A stretch of 64,000 nt of DNA, taken from NCBI GenBank assembly GCA_963821525.1, contig CAWGED010000010.1:64001-128000 (forward strand). Direction: 5' to 3'. Positions 19,958 to 29,745 of this stretch are shown here, piece by piece. Each line of letters begins with the position of its first letter. Positions within the stretch are counted from its first letter, which is position 1. This stretch comes from an uncultured Gemmatimonadales bacterium (lineage in GTDB: Bacteria > Gemmatimonadota > Gemmatimonadetes > Gemmatimonadales > GWC2-71-9). The position numbers and the translations under genes are program-made. The notes under the pieces were generated by a model. It saw nothing but the letters and a program-made list of their open reading frames with translations, was not told where the DNA came from and ran no database searches.

Positions 19958-21208
19958 ATGACCGCGAAGGAGTCCCCCGCCCGCACATCCTCCGCATTCC
20001 TCCCTTCCTCGGGTCAAGTCCACGTCATCGGTGCCGGCCCCGTGGGTCTTCTCCTGACCGCGCTGCTTCAGTCCATGGAACGCTTCTCCGTCCATCTCTA
20101 TGAGAAGCGACCCGAGTACAAGCGGACCCGCATGGTCCAGCTCGCCTCGTACCTGGTGGCGGATTCACTTGAGAGCTATCGCAGCGATTACATCGACGGA
20201 GAAAACGTCGAGGCGGTCTTCGATCCACCGGAGCTGGAGGAAGGGCTCGCATTCAGGCAATCCATTCCTGCCGACCTGATGTCCCTGCTTCAGAAGTGGG
20301 CACAGGGATTCGTTCCGCTCAATGGCATCGAACGCTCCCTCAGCAACCTGATCGACACGCGCGCCTCGCATCCGGTGCAACGGATTGCCGGCGTCATGAC
20401 GCCGGACGCCGCGCTGGCGCTGCTGGAGCCGGGGGATACCCTGATCGATTGCACGGGTTCCCGGTCGCTGTTGCGTGATCACCTGGTACCGGGCTCCGGT
20501 ACGGTGATTGAGGGAGCCAACACCGTCAACATTCGCCTCGAGTACGCGATCGTCGTCACATTCCTGTACGGGCAGGCGTACGACTGCAACGAGTTTTGCA
20601 AGTACTACAAGAACGAGGGGAACTCGCAGTACAAGTTCATTCCGGCGGTCGCCCGCACCTGCGACAACAATGGCCTCACCCACGTCACGGGCATCGTCCA
20701 CATCACCGCCGAGGACTACGCGGCGATGCCCGCACAATTCGATGGCGGGTGGCTCCGCGCCAACTTCCCAGCGGTGGCCGCCTCGATGGACCGGTTCATC
20801 GACAAGATCAGGCAGGAAACTAATGGAGAGCTGGTCGGCGACCTCGAGATCATACGAATACCCCTGAACCTGTACCGGGCCCGCAACGCGACGAGCCGGC
20901 CTTGGCGCAAGGCCGGACCGGGCGACCATCCCTTCACCAGCTCACCGGTGTTCCTGGTCGGGGATGCGGCCATCGGGTCCCCCTATTTTCAGTCGATCTC
21001 GCTGGGGTTTGAGTCCGCCATGTACCTGGCCGGCCTGATCGCTCAGCGGACTCTGTCGCTCAGGGACATGCTGGATCGCTATGAGATATTCATGTACAAG
21101 CAGTGGCTTCGCGTCTACATGCGCAGCAAGATGATCAAGCACAACAAGGATCTGCTGGAGTGCATCGACGACAAGTTTGCGCTCCTGGGCCAGCTCCACA
21201 TCTATTAG
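19958..21208 (+). CDS. FAD-dependent oxidoreductase/monooxygenase-like protein
   Basis: VIGAGPVG..YEKR, LIDCTG, LVGDAA motifs. Confidence 0.7.
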   Translation: MTAKESPARTSSAFLPSSGQVHVIGAGPVGLLLTALLQSMERFSVHLYEKRPEYKRTRMVQLASYLVADSLESYRSDYIDGENVEAVFDPPELEEGLAFRQSIPADLMSLLQKWAQGFVPLNGIERSLSNLIDTRASHPVQRIAGVMTPDAALALLEPGDTLIDCTGSRSLLRDHLVPGSGTVIEGANTVNIRLEYAIVVTFLYGQAYDCNEFCKYYKNEGNSQYKFIPAVARTCDNNGLTHVTGIVHITAEDYAAMPAQFDGGWLRANFPAVAASMDRFIDKIRQETNGELVGDLEIIRIPLNLYRARNATSRPWRKAGPGDHPFTSSPVFLVGDAAIGSPYFQSISLGFESAMYLAGLIAQRTLSLRDMLDRYEIFMYKQWLRVYMRSKMIKHNKDLLECIDDKFALLGQLHIY

Positions 21209-21225
21209 CGCAAGGAGAAGTCGCG

Positions 21226-21570
21226 ATGGAAGTTCACCCCGGGGTATTCGTGTCCAGCACGTCGACGGACACCTGGCGATCCGACCCGGAGGTCGGCGGC
21301 GGCGCCGAGGAGCACGTGCTCTTCGACTCCCGAAGCATGCGAGCCGGCCTCAGCCGCTTCACGGCGACTGCCGATCCCCATCCGCCGGCCTGGGTGCTGC
21401 CCCAGACCGAGGTGATCCTGGTGCTCGAGGGTGGAGTCAAGATCGAAATCGAGGGCGGGCCCACCCTCGAGCTGAAACCCGGCGACATGGTGTCCCTGCC
21501 CAAGGGCCTGGTCACACGCTGGCACCTCACCCTCCCGTTCAAGGAGATGTGGGTGCTCGCCGGCGCCTAG
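21226..21570 (+). CDS. Cupin (EutQ/DUF861-like)
   Basis: AAGGAG RBS; EVILVLEG, LKPGD...PKG...W. Confidence 0.8.
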   Translation: MEVHPGVFVSSTSTDTWRSDPEVGGGAEEHVLFDSRSMRAGLSRFTATADPHPPAWVLPQTEVILVLEGGVKIEIEGGPTLELKPGDMVSLPKGLVTRWHLTLPFKEMWVLAGA

Positions 21571-21585
21571 CTCCCCTCCCTGACG

Positions 21586-22122
21586 ATGGCTCTCGTCGTC
21601 TTCCTCCGAGGGATCAACGTTGGCGGACACCGGAGGTTTCGCCCCAGCATCCTCGCAACAGCGCTGAGCAAGTATGATGTGGTGAACGTAGGGGCCGCCG
21701 GCACGTTCGTCGTTCGTAAACCAGGCTCACGCACGAGGTTCCGAGCTGCATTGGTCAAGAAGCTGCCATTCGAGGCGGAGGTTGCGCTCTGTGATGGCCG
21801 CGACCTGATCCGTCTCATGATGGACAATCCCTTTGGAACGGAGCCTCCACGCCCTGACGTTGTTCGCTTCGTAAGCATCCTGTCGAAAGCCGGCCGGGTC
21901 CGGCCCACCCTTCCAATCACACTCCCGCCGAACGGGGAGTGGCTGGTGCGAGTCATCGCCGCCAGCGATCGCTTCGTCTTCGGGGTGTACCGCCGTCACA
22001 TGAGGACGATCACCTGTCTGGGCCAGATCGACAAACTGTTTGGTGTGCCGGCGACCACTCGGAACTGGAACAGCATTACCGCCATCGTTCGGGTGTTGAA
22101 CAACGAGGAGAAGAAGGGTTAG
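21586..22122 (+). CDS. DUF1697 family protein
   Basis: FLRGINVGGH and TTRNWNS. Confidence 0.9.
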   Translation: MALVVFLRGINVGGHRRFRPSILATALSKYDVVNVGAAGTFVVRKPGSRTRFRAALVKKLPFEAEVALCDGRDLIRLMMDNPFGTEPPRPDVVRFVSILSKAGRVRPTLPITLPPNGEWLVRVIAASDRFVFGVYRRHMRTITCLGQIDKLFGVPATTRNWNSITAIVRVLNNEEKKG

Positions 22123-22152
22123 AGTTTGCTATCACATCAGAGGAGACCGCGC

Positions 22153-23562
22153 ATGACCCGTGACCTCAGCCTCACTCGTCTGGCCACGCGACTCGCCCTG
22201 CTGGCGGTATTGGCGGTACCCGCCGCCGCCCAGCAGCTCGCTCCGGAGGAACGCGCCAGGATCGACAGCGCCGCGGTCGCGGTGCTGGCCGGCACCGGTG
22301 CGCCGAGTGCTTCGGTGGCCGTCGTGCGAGGCGGGGAGATCGTGTACGAGCAGGCCTACGGCGAGGGACGAATCGGGACGCCGGCGACACCGGCCATGCG
22401 ATACGCCATCGGGTCGGTGAGCAAGCAGTTCACCGCCACGGCGATTCTCCTGTTGGCGGAAGAGGGCAAACTGTCACTCGATGACAAGGTCGCGCGCTGG
22501 TTCCCCAACCTGACGCGCGCCAACGAGGTGACCATCCGCCAGCTGCTCTCGATGACCTCCGGGTACCAGGACTTCTGGCCGCAGGACTACGTCTTCACGG
22601 CGATGCAGGGGGCGACGACGGCGGATGCCATCATGCAGCGGTGGGCCAAACAGACCCTCGACTTCGACCCCGGTACCGCCTGGCAATACAGCAACACCAA
22701 CTACACCATCGCCGGTGCCATCGTGGAGCGGGTCGCAGGTGGGCCATTCATGGAGTTCCTGAAGCAACGGATCTTCAACCGGCTGGGCATGAAGTCGGTC
22801 GCCGACTTCGACGCAGGCCCGCTCCAGCAACCCGACGCCGGCGCCTACCTCCGCAATGGCATCGGACCGCTCAGGGAGGCGCCCAAGGAAGGGCCTCGGT
22901 GGCTCTTTGCCGCCGGACAGCTCGCGATGACCACCCACGACCTGGCGACCTGGGACCTGAGCGTGATCAAGCAGACGATTCTCAAGCCCGCCTCCTATCG
23001 GGCGCAGCAAACGACGACCCTGCTCGCCAATGGAACGTCGACCGGCTACGGGCTGGGCATCAACGTGAGCATGGTCGGGGGACGGCGGCGACTGTCGCAC
23101 GGTGGGGCGGTCTCGGGCTACACCACGACCAACCAGGTCTACCCCGATGATCGCGCGGCGATCGTCGTCTTCACCAATATCTATCCCGGTGGCGCCGGCG
23201 CCTCGGGACAAATCGCGTCGCGGATTGCGGCCGTAATCTTCTCATCGTCCGATACCGCGGATGTCGCCGCGCGCGAAACGGCGCAAAAGGTCTACGAGGG
23301 CCTGGCGCAAGGCCGAATCGACCGGAGCCTGTTTACCTCGAATGCGAACGCCTTCTTCAGCGACCAGGTACTGGCGGACTATGGCGCGAGTCTGGGTCCG
23401 TTGGGGGCGCCGACCGAGTTCACGGCGACCGGCAGCCAACTGCGCGGCGGATTGCGCATCCGCAGCTACCGGATTCGGGCCGGTGCCATGACCATGGATC
23501 TCACCATGATGACTCAGCCCGACGGACGGATCGAGCAGTACATCGTGGAGCGGGAGGGATAA
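22153..23562 (+). CDS. Serine hydrolase, beta-lactamase class C/PBP family, secreted
   Basis: Signal peptide; SxxK (GSVSKQFT), YSN, HGG. Confidence 0.9.
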   Translation: MTRDLSLTRLATRLALLAVLAVPAAAQQLAPEERARIDSAAVAVLAGTGAPSASVAVVRGGEIVYEQAYGEGRIGTPATPAMRYAIGSVSKQFTATAILLLAEEGKLSLDDKVARWFPNLTRANEVTIRQLLSMTSGYQDFWPQDYVFTAMQGATTADAIMQRWAKQTLDFDPGTAWQYSNTNYTIAGAIVERVAGGPFMEFLKQRIFNRLGMKSVADFDAGPLQQPDAGAYLRNGIGPLREAPKEGPRWLFAAGQLAMTTHDLATWDLSVIKQTILKPASYRAQQTTTLLANGTSTGYGLGINVSMVGGRRRLSHGGAVSGYTTTNQVYPDDRAAIVVFTNIYPGGAGASGQIASRIAAVIFSSSDTADVAARETAQKVYEGLAQGRIDRSLFTSNANAFFSDQVLADYGASLGPLGAPTEFTATGSQLRGGLRIRSYRIRAGAMTMDLTMMTQPDGRIEQYIVEREG

Positions 23563-23572
23563 CTCCCCTGCG

Positions 23573-24119
23573 ATGGGTTTGCTAACGGTGCCGTTCGATC
23601 GCCAGCCATCTCTAGCCGGGGATCTCCTCGACCTCCGTCCCCTCCGCGTCGACGACTTCGACGCGCTCTTTCGAGTCGCGTCCGATCCGCTTATCTGGGA
23701 GCAGCACCCCGACAGCGATCGCTATCAGGAAAAGGTCTTCCGCGGCTTTTTCGAGGAGGCGCTCGGCCTCGGGTGGGGCGCTCGTGGCCCTGGACCGGGC
23801 CGATGGCCGCATCATCGGCTCGTCCCGTTACCACGGCTACGTTCCTGAAGAGAGTGTGGTCGAGATCGGCTGGACCTTCCTCGCCCGGGCGTATTGGGGC
23901 GGCCGCTACAACGGCGAGATGAAGCGACTGATGCTGGAGCACGCGTTCCGCTCGGTAGACCGGGTGCTTTTCATCATTGGACCCGAGAATCGGCGGTCGC
24001 AGCGGGCGGTGGAGAAGATTGGAGCCGTACGCAGTGGCAGTACGATGGATCCGCAGGGACGGGAGCGCGTGGTGTATGAGCTGACGCCGGCGCGATACTA
24101 CCGGCTCCCCGGCTTATAG
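23573..24119 (+). CDS. GNAT acetyltransferase, RimJ-like (frameshift near 23765)
   Basis: ASDPLIWEQHP + IIGSSRY, EIGWTFL, NRRSQRAVEKIG. Confidence 0.85.
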
Positions 24120-26185
24120 ACTCGCTCCGCATGCGCCTTGATCTCTTCCAGCGTAAACCACGCCGGCCGGAATTCGCCGCGCGCGTAGAGCGGGGCCTGA
24201 TCGAAGTAATGTGGCGACTGGGGATCGCCGCTCGCCCCCATCGTGTGTACCGCGAGCACCCGCACCGTGGGACCGAATTCCACGACGCTGATATACGACC
24301 CCCCCGCTACCCCATAACGCCGTTTCTGGCCTGGCACCGGACGCGCCGCAAAGGTGAACACTGCGCCGTCCTGGCCGCCAACCCCCACCACCGGTAGGCT
24401 GGACCGCGCGTCATCGAATTGCTGGTCCGCGCGCTCATCAAGGCGCTGCAGGCGGTTGACCTCCCCCCAGGGCACCTGCCACCTGCCCCACTCGCGCTCG
24501 AGGCGCACCACGGCGCTGTCCAGCGCGGCAAGTCGAGCTTCCCCATCCCCCAGCGCTTCCTGCCAGCGGTCGAACAGCGTCATCGCGACCGAAGCTGTGT
24601 CGCTGCGCCGATTCCACCGCGTCAGGGCGTCGATCGCCGGAGCCAGCGGTGCGTGGCGTGCGCTATCGGCAGCGAAGTCGCGCAGCAACCCGGGGAGCAG
24701 CGAATCGGCGCTGATGACGTAGGTGTCGAAGGCGGCCCGAACCCAGTCGTCCCAGGTGAACTGCGGCTTGGAATCGAGGATGCGACGCGAAACGAGTCCG
24801 CGCCAATTGTCACCCTCCGGCACCATGTAGCGCGGAAACCTGGACGAATCGGGATTGCCGCTGCTGGTGAGGAGAAACGGTGTCGTATTGCAGTTCTGCA
24901 TCCACCCGGTGCGCGGGTTGGTGAGCTGCGGCAGGTCCGCGAGTGAGTGATAGCCCCGCCATTCGGTTGCCGGATCGCTGCCATCTACTGGTGCGGACCA
25001 GTCGAAGCGCGGATCGCGCACCGGCACGGCCCCATTATAGAGGTAGAAGGTGTTCCCCTCGGCGTCGGCGGCCATGACGTTGCCAAACAACATGTTGAGC
25101 GGGCGCATGGCGTCCTTCAGCTCCGACACCCGATGTGCGCGCGTCATGGCGAACCATTCCGCGAGCCAGCCGTCGCCATCGAACTTCGCCATGCGCAGCG
25201 CCAGGGACTTGCCGTCGCGCGCGCCGACGATCGGCCCATGATGCGTCTTCCGGAAGGTGAACACCCGCCGCTCGATCCCACCTTCCGTCTTTACCCCGAT
25301 CGTATCGGTCCAGACCGTGGCCTGCCGATACCCTTTGCCATAGCGGTAGGCCGAAGGGTGAGCGGGATCGTCGAATGTCTCGAGGTAGAGATCGGCCTGA
25401 TCGGCAGCATTGTCGGTGCTCACCCAGCCCAGCGACTCATTGTGTCCGACGTACGGGAAGGGAAACCCGAAGCGGGTATACCCGGTGAAGTTCCACCCCT
25501 CGTCGCTCCTGATATGGCCCTCATACACCTGGCCGGAACCGAAAAACGGCAGATGCGGATTGATGAACAGCATGGCATGCCCGGTCGCGCTCTTGGTCGG
25601 CCCGATCACCCAACCGTTCGAACCGAAATCCTTCGACCGGACTGATGAATCCTCCAGCGCCACCTCGAGGTCCCCGGGCTCGAGTCCCGAGCTCCAGAAG
25701 AAGCCATTCTGGTAGTAGTTGTATCGGATGAAGGCGAGCGGATACCACGGTTCGAAGCGGGTGAGCAGTCGGGGATGCACATCGGGGTGATCCGCGAGAT
25801 AGGCGTTCAACCCCCCGACGAACGCTTCGAGGAGCGCGCGCATCCGCTGCGGCATACGGGCATACTCCGCTTGAGCAAGACGCGGGACCTCCAGCGTGCG
25901 GGAGCGACGGTCGCCGACCAGTCCACTCTCACCCTCCACCTCGGCGCGTCGACCGAGCGACTTGATGTAATTGTCCTCGATCTGCCAGAAGTTGTCCTCC
26001 GCCTGGGCGTAGGCGAAGCCGAAGAGGGTGCTGGCATCCGTCTCTCCGAATACGTGGGGGATGCCGTAGGTGTCCCGATAGATGGTCACGCGAGCCGCAA
26101 GGTCGTCTGACGGCGAGCGCCACCCGCCGAGTGGCGAGAAGCAGATCAATAGCGCCGCGACCGCGGCAATACGACCACGCGTCAT
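24098..26185 (-). CDS. Penicillin acylase family Ntn-hydrolase
   Basis: RDTYGIPHV, YAQAED, GSNGW nucleophile, NPHL. Confidence 0.9.
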   Translation of the reverse strand: MTRGRIAAVAALLICFSPLGGWRSPSDDLAARVTIYRDTYGIPHVFGETDASTLFGFAYAQAEDNFWQIEDNYIKSLGRRAEVEGESGLVGDRRSRTLEVPRLAQAEYARMPQRMRALLEAFVGGLNAYLADHPDVHPRLLTRFEPWYPLAFIRYNYYQNGFFWSSGLEPGDLEVALEDSSVRSKDFGSNGWVIGPTKSATGHAMLFINPHLPFFGSGQVYEGHIRSDEGWNFTGYTRFGFPFPYVGHNESLGWVSTDNAADQADLYLETFDDPAHPSAYRYGKGYRQATVWTDTIGVKTEGGIERRVFTFRKTHHGPIVGARDGKSLALRMAKFDGDGWLAEWFAMTRAHRVSELKDAMRPLNMLFGNVMAADAEGNTFYLYNGAVPVRDPRFDWSAPVDGSDPATEWRGYHSLADLPQLTNPRTGWMQNCNTTPFLLTSSGNPDSSRFPRYMVPEGDNWRGLVSRRILDSKPQFTWDDWVRAAFDTYVISADSLLPGLLRDFAADSARHAPLAPAIDALTRWNRRSDTASVAMTLFDRWQEALGDGEARLAALDSAVVRLEREWGRWQVPWGEVNRLQRLDERADQQFDDARSSLPVVGVGGQDGAVFTFAARPVPGQKRRYGVAGGSYISVVEFGPTVRVLAVHTMGASGDPQSPHYFDQAPLYARGEFRPAWFTLEEIKAHAERVYKPGSR

Positions 26186-26358
26186 ACGGCCTCCTTTTCA
26201 ATTCGGGACATCGGAATCTAGCCCGGCCCTGTGAGCGGCCCGGGGCAGTTCAGACCGAAACCTTAGACCGGCGGAATCCGGGAAACGTTTGTCACGGTTC
26301 GCACGTAAGAGCCTGCCGCGGATTGGCAGCGCGACTCTCCGAGCAAAGGAATCCTTCC

Positions 26359-27000
26359 ATGACTCAAGCCCTCAGGTCCCTGCGGACCGTGAGCGTTGCC
26401 CTCGGGTGTATGATCATGGCCTGCGCCGGACTGTTTGGAACCGCCGCAGCCGCCCAGGGCCAGAAACCCGAAAGCGCCACCCCGCCGGGTTACACTCTTA
26501 CTGGAACTGGCGACGTCCACGATTTCGATTACTTCGCAGGCGCCTGGACCACCCACCAGCGCCGCCTGAAGGAGCGCGGCGTCGGCAGCAACGACTGGGA
26601 GGAGTTCCCCGCGACGCTCTGCATGGCCCTCTACCTCGGCGGCATGGCGACTGTGGACGAGCTCTACTTCCCCACCAAGGGCTGGTCCGGCCTCACCCTC
26701 CGCACCTTCGATCTGGCGAAACACCAGTGGTCCATCTATTGGGTGAGCAGTGCCAGCGGCAAGGTCGAGCCGCCGGTGGTCGGCGGCTTCGAAGGAAAGC
26801 ACGGCGCCTTCTATGGCGAGGACCAGGACAACGGCCGTCCGGTCAAGGTCCGTTACACCTGGGACCTGCGCGATCACGACCACGCGCGGTGGGAGCAGGC
26901 CTTCTCCTACGACAACAAGTCCTGGGAGACCAACTGGACGGCGGACTTTGTGCGGGCCGACCCGGCGACCACCTGCCAAGGCGGTCGTCCCAGACATTAG
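26359..27000 (+). CDS. Secreted hypothetical protein (DUF1579-like beta-barrel)
   Basis: Signal peptide; HDFDYFAGAW, WSIYW, WEQAFS...WETNW. Confidence 0.7.
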   Translation: MTQALRSLRTVSVALGCMIMACAGLFGTAAAAQGQKPESATPPGYTLTGTGDVHDFDYFAGAWTTHQRRLKERGVGSNDWEEFPATLCMALYLGGMATVDELYFPTKGWSGLTLRTFDLAKHQWSIYWVSSASGKVEPPVVGGFEGKHGAFYGEDQDNGRPVKVRYTWDLRDHDHARWEQAFSYDNKSWETNWTADFVRADPATTCQGGRPRH

Positions 27001-27058
27001 CCTACCCCGCCTCGCGCCTCGCGTACCGCTTCATCGTAGGGGCGTTCAGGCTCTCGAG

Positions 27059-27172
27059 GGCCGCAGATGAACGCAGATGAACGCAGTTGATGCTTCTTCT
27101 GAGTTCTTGACTAACCTAAGGCAAACGCCTGCAAGATTTCTGCGTTTATCTGCGTTTTTCTGCGGCTGAATC
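27059..27172 (-). repeat. Dispersed copy of the palindromic element, inverted orientation
   Basis: GGCCGCAGATGAACGCAGATGAACGCAG...TTCTGCGTTTATCTGCGTTTTTCTGCGGCTGAATC. Confidence 0.9.
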
Positions 27173-27246
27173 GGCCTAAACCCTATCGTTCGTCCTCCCT
27201 TGCCACGTCTGTTCGTCATCCCTTGCGACGGCTGGTAGAATAATGC

Positions 27247-27693
27247 ATGCGGAAACACGTCCTGCTCTACGGACTCCTGTGCGGCGTCCTCATCGTGGCG
27301 CTCAGGCTCATCGAATACCGCTGGCTGGTCGTAGAACACTCGCTGGAGATCTATGGCGGACTGGTGGCTGCCCTCTTTGCCGGGCTGGGCATCTGGCTCG
27401 GCCTCAAGCTGACCAGGCACAAGGAGACCGTGCTGGTCAAGGAGGTGATGGTACCGGCCCCCGTCGGCTTCGTGCGGGATGAGCAGAAGCTCGAGGCGCT
27501 CGGCATCACGCCCCGCGAGCTGGAGATCCTGGAGCTGATCGCCCAGGGGCTGAGTAACAAGGAGATCGCCGCCCGGGTGTTCGTCAGCGAAAACACGGTC
27601 AAGACCCATTCGAGTCGAGTGTTCGACAAGCTCGGCGCCCGCCGCCGGACCCAGGCGGTACAGCTGGGGAAGGAGCTGCGGCTCATTCCCTGA
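27247..27693 (+). CDS. Membrane-anchored LuxR C-terminal HTH regulator
   Basis: Two N-terminal TMs; ITPRELEIL..IAQGLSNKEIA..VSENTVKTH. Confidence 0.9.
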   Translation: MRKHVLLYGLLCGVLIVALRLIEYRWLVVEHSLEIYGGLVAALFAGLGIWLGLKLTRHKETVLVKEVMVPAPVGFVRDEQKLEALGITPRELEILELIAQGLSNKEIAARVFVSENTVKTHSSRVFDKLGARRRTQAVQLGKELRLIP

Positions 27694-27748
27694 TCCCACT
27701 TTCGTATGATTTCCCGCCTTCTCGACCAAAATCATCCTTTTTGGTGAC
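27693..27748. promoter_or_regulatory. Two imperfect palindromic boxes, putative LuxR operators
   Basis: ATCCCACTTTCGTATGAT (27693-27710) and ATCATCCTTTTTGGTGAC (27731-27748). Confidence 0.4.
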
Positions 27749-27803
27749 GCGCGGCAACGAGGCTGGCCGCTAGACTGACCCGTCCCCAATCACTGGAGTT
27801 GCC

Positions 27804-28337
27804 ATGCAGCGGATCGTCCTGACCTTCGGCCTCATCGCCGGCGCCATCCTCTCGGTGATGATGCTCCTGACCATCCCCTTCCATGATCAGATCGGTTTCG
27901 ACCGGGGCCTGATCATCGGCTATACCACGATGGTGCTCGCCTTCCTGATGATTTTTGCGGGGGTCAAGACCTATCGGGATAACGTCGCGGGCGGAACGGT
28001 GAGCTTCGGCAAGGCCCTTCAGGTTGGCTTGTTGATCATGCTGATCGCCTCGGTTTGCTATGTCGCCACCTGGGAATTCGTCTACCACAATCTCGCTCCC
28101 GACTACCTCGACAAGTACGCGGCATACTCCCTGGAGAAGCTGAAGCAATCCGGGGCGAGCGCCGAACAGGTCGCGGCGAAGGCCCAGGAGATGGCAAAGT
28201 TCAAGACGATGTACCAGAATCCCCTGGTGAATATCGCCTTCACGTTGCTCGAGCCCTTGCCGGTTGGCCTCCTGTTCACGCTGGTGGCGGCGGCGGTGCT
28301 GAGCCGGAAGCGCCGGACGCAGGAAGCGGTCGCGTAG
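27804..28337 (+). CDS. DUF4199 family membrane protein
   Basis: GLIAG, GYTTMVLAF, YRDN..GG.VSFG, PDY. Confidence 0.85.
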   Translation: MQRIVLTFGLIAGAILSVMMLLTIPFHDQIGFDRGLIIGYTTMVLAFLMIFAGVKTYRDNVAGGTVSFGKALQVGLLIMLIASVCYVATWEFVYHNLAPDYLDKYAAYSLEKLKQSGASAEQVAAKAQEMAKFKTMYQNPLVNIAFTLLEPLPVGLLFTLVAAAVLSRKRRTQEAVA

Positions 28338-28371
28338 TATTGAGGATTCCGTCTGAGGGCAGGCATCCACA

Positions 28372-28448
28372 GTTGATCACGAAGGCCACGAAGGGCACGA
28401 AACTATCCTTCACTTCCAAGGTCGGCGTGAGCGTTGGGCGAGATCAAC
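28372..28448. repeat. Degenerate 9-bp-periodic palindrome relic
   Basis: GTTGATCACGAAGGCCACGAAGGGCACGAA...GATCAAC. Confidence 0.4.
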
Positions 28449-28476
28449 GTAAGACAGAGAGGAAGTACTTCTTCCC

Positions 28477-29337
28477 ATGGATGTCCAGCTGTTACTTGTC
28501 CCCTACGATACTGCCCGCCGGGGCTGGCGTTGTGGCGCCGGCCCCGAGCATCTCCTGAACGCCGGCCTGATCGACCGGCTTCACGCGGGAGGCCACCGTG
28601 TCGTCGGCACCCAGCTCATCGAGGATGATCCCGCCCAGTCACCGGCCGAGATCCGGACAGCCTTCGAGCTCATGCGGCGCCTGGCGACCGCGGTTCGCGG
28701 TGCTCGGGCCGCCGGGCACTTTCCACTGATTCTGAGCGGCAACTGCAACGTGGCCGGGGTCGGCGCCCTGAGTGGGCTCACTCCGGCTGCGCGATCGGTC
28801 TTCTGGTTCGACGCCCACGGGGAGTCCAACACGCCCGACACGACAGGCAGCGGCTTCCTGGACGGGATGGGACTCTCCATCAACCTGGGTTGGTGCTGGC
28901 GGGCCTTGGCCGCTTCGGTGCCGGGGTTCCAGCCCGCCCCGGTCGAAGCCACGTTCCTGCTTGGCGCGCGCGACCTCGATCCTCTCGAAGCGGCCTCGTT
29001 GTTCGACTCCCGGGTGAACCTGGTCCCCGTCTCACGTTTGCCCGCCCTGTCCGCCCTGCTCGACCCGTCCGCCGCCATCGGCTTGAATAAGACTATCGGC
29101 TATCTCCACCTCGACCCTGACGTCTTTGACCCCGACTCGGTCGGACATGGCAACGACCATCCGGCACCCGGTGGTCTCTCGGAAGCTCAGCTCCGTAGCG
29201 CGATCGCCGAAATCCGGGGCCATGTGCCCCTCGGCGCGGCGACGATCGCCTCGTATGATCCCGCGTGCGACCAGACTCAGGCGGTGTGCCGGGCACTGTT
29301 CGCGGCGGTCGATGCACTACTCGCACCCGGGGCCTGA
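28477..29337 (+). CDS. Arginase family (ureohydrolase) protein
   Basis: GPE, SGNC, WFDAHGESNTP, GARDLD, HLDPDVFDP, GGLS. Confidence 0.85.
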   Translation: MDVQLLLVPYDTARRGWRCGAGPEHLLNAGLIDRLHAGGHRVVGTQLIEDDPAQSPAEIRTAFELMRRLATAVRGARAAGHFPLILSGNCNVAGVGALSGLTPAARSVFWFDAHGESNTPDTTGSGFLDGMGLSINLGWCWRALAASVPGFQPAPVEATFLLGARDLDPLEAASLFDSRVNLVPVSRLPALSALLDPSAAIGLNKTIGYLHLDPDVFDPDSVGHGNDHPAPGGLSEAQLRSAIAEIRGHVPLGAATIASYDPACDQTQAVCRALFAAVDALLAPGA

Positions 29338-29361
29338 GTGCCTCATGAAGCTGACGAGCCC

Positions 29362-29745
29362 ATGGAACAATCCCGGCCCCGGTACCGGATGGCTGCCGCC
29401 GCGGCGCTGGGTTGGCTCGGCATGTATGTCCACAACGTAGCCGACCTGCCACATCTCACTCTCGCGAGCCCCGAGAACCTGGTCCCCGGGCTGATATGGC
29501 TTCTGCTCCTCGGGCTTTGGTGGGCGAAGCCGAGTCGGACGCTTCCAGCCTATCTCTTGATGACTTGGGGACTGCTCAATCTCGTGGGAGGCTTCGCGAC
29601 GGTGATCCCGTTACCGGTCTGGCCCTTCAAGCCGGAGCAGTCCCTCCGCCACTATTCCTTTCATGTCCTGTACGCTCTGACCCAACTACCATTGCTTGCT
29701 CTGGTTCGGAGAGAGTTGAGCGTGTTCCGCAAGGACCACCAATGA
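29362..29745 (+). CDS. Hypothetical membrane protein
   Basis: Hydrophobic ORF with HN..DLP and PF.PEQS..HY; ATGA overlap with sulP. Confidence 0.65.
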   Translation: MEQSRPRYRMAAAAALGWLGMYVHNVADLPHLTLASPENLVPGLIWLLLLGLWWAKPSRTLPAYLLMTWGLLNLVGGFATVIPLPVWPFKPEQSLRHYSFHVLYALTQLPLLALVRRELSVFRKDHQ

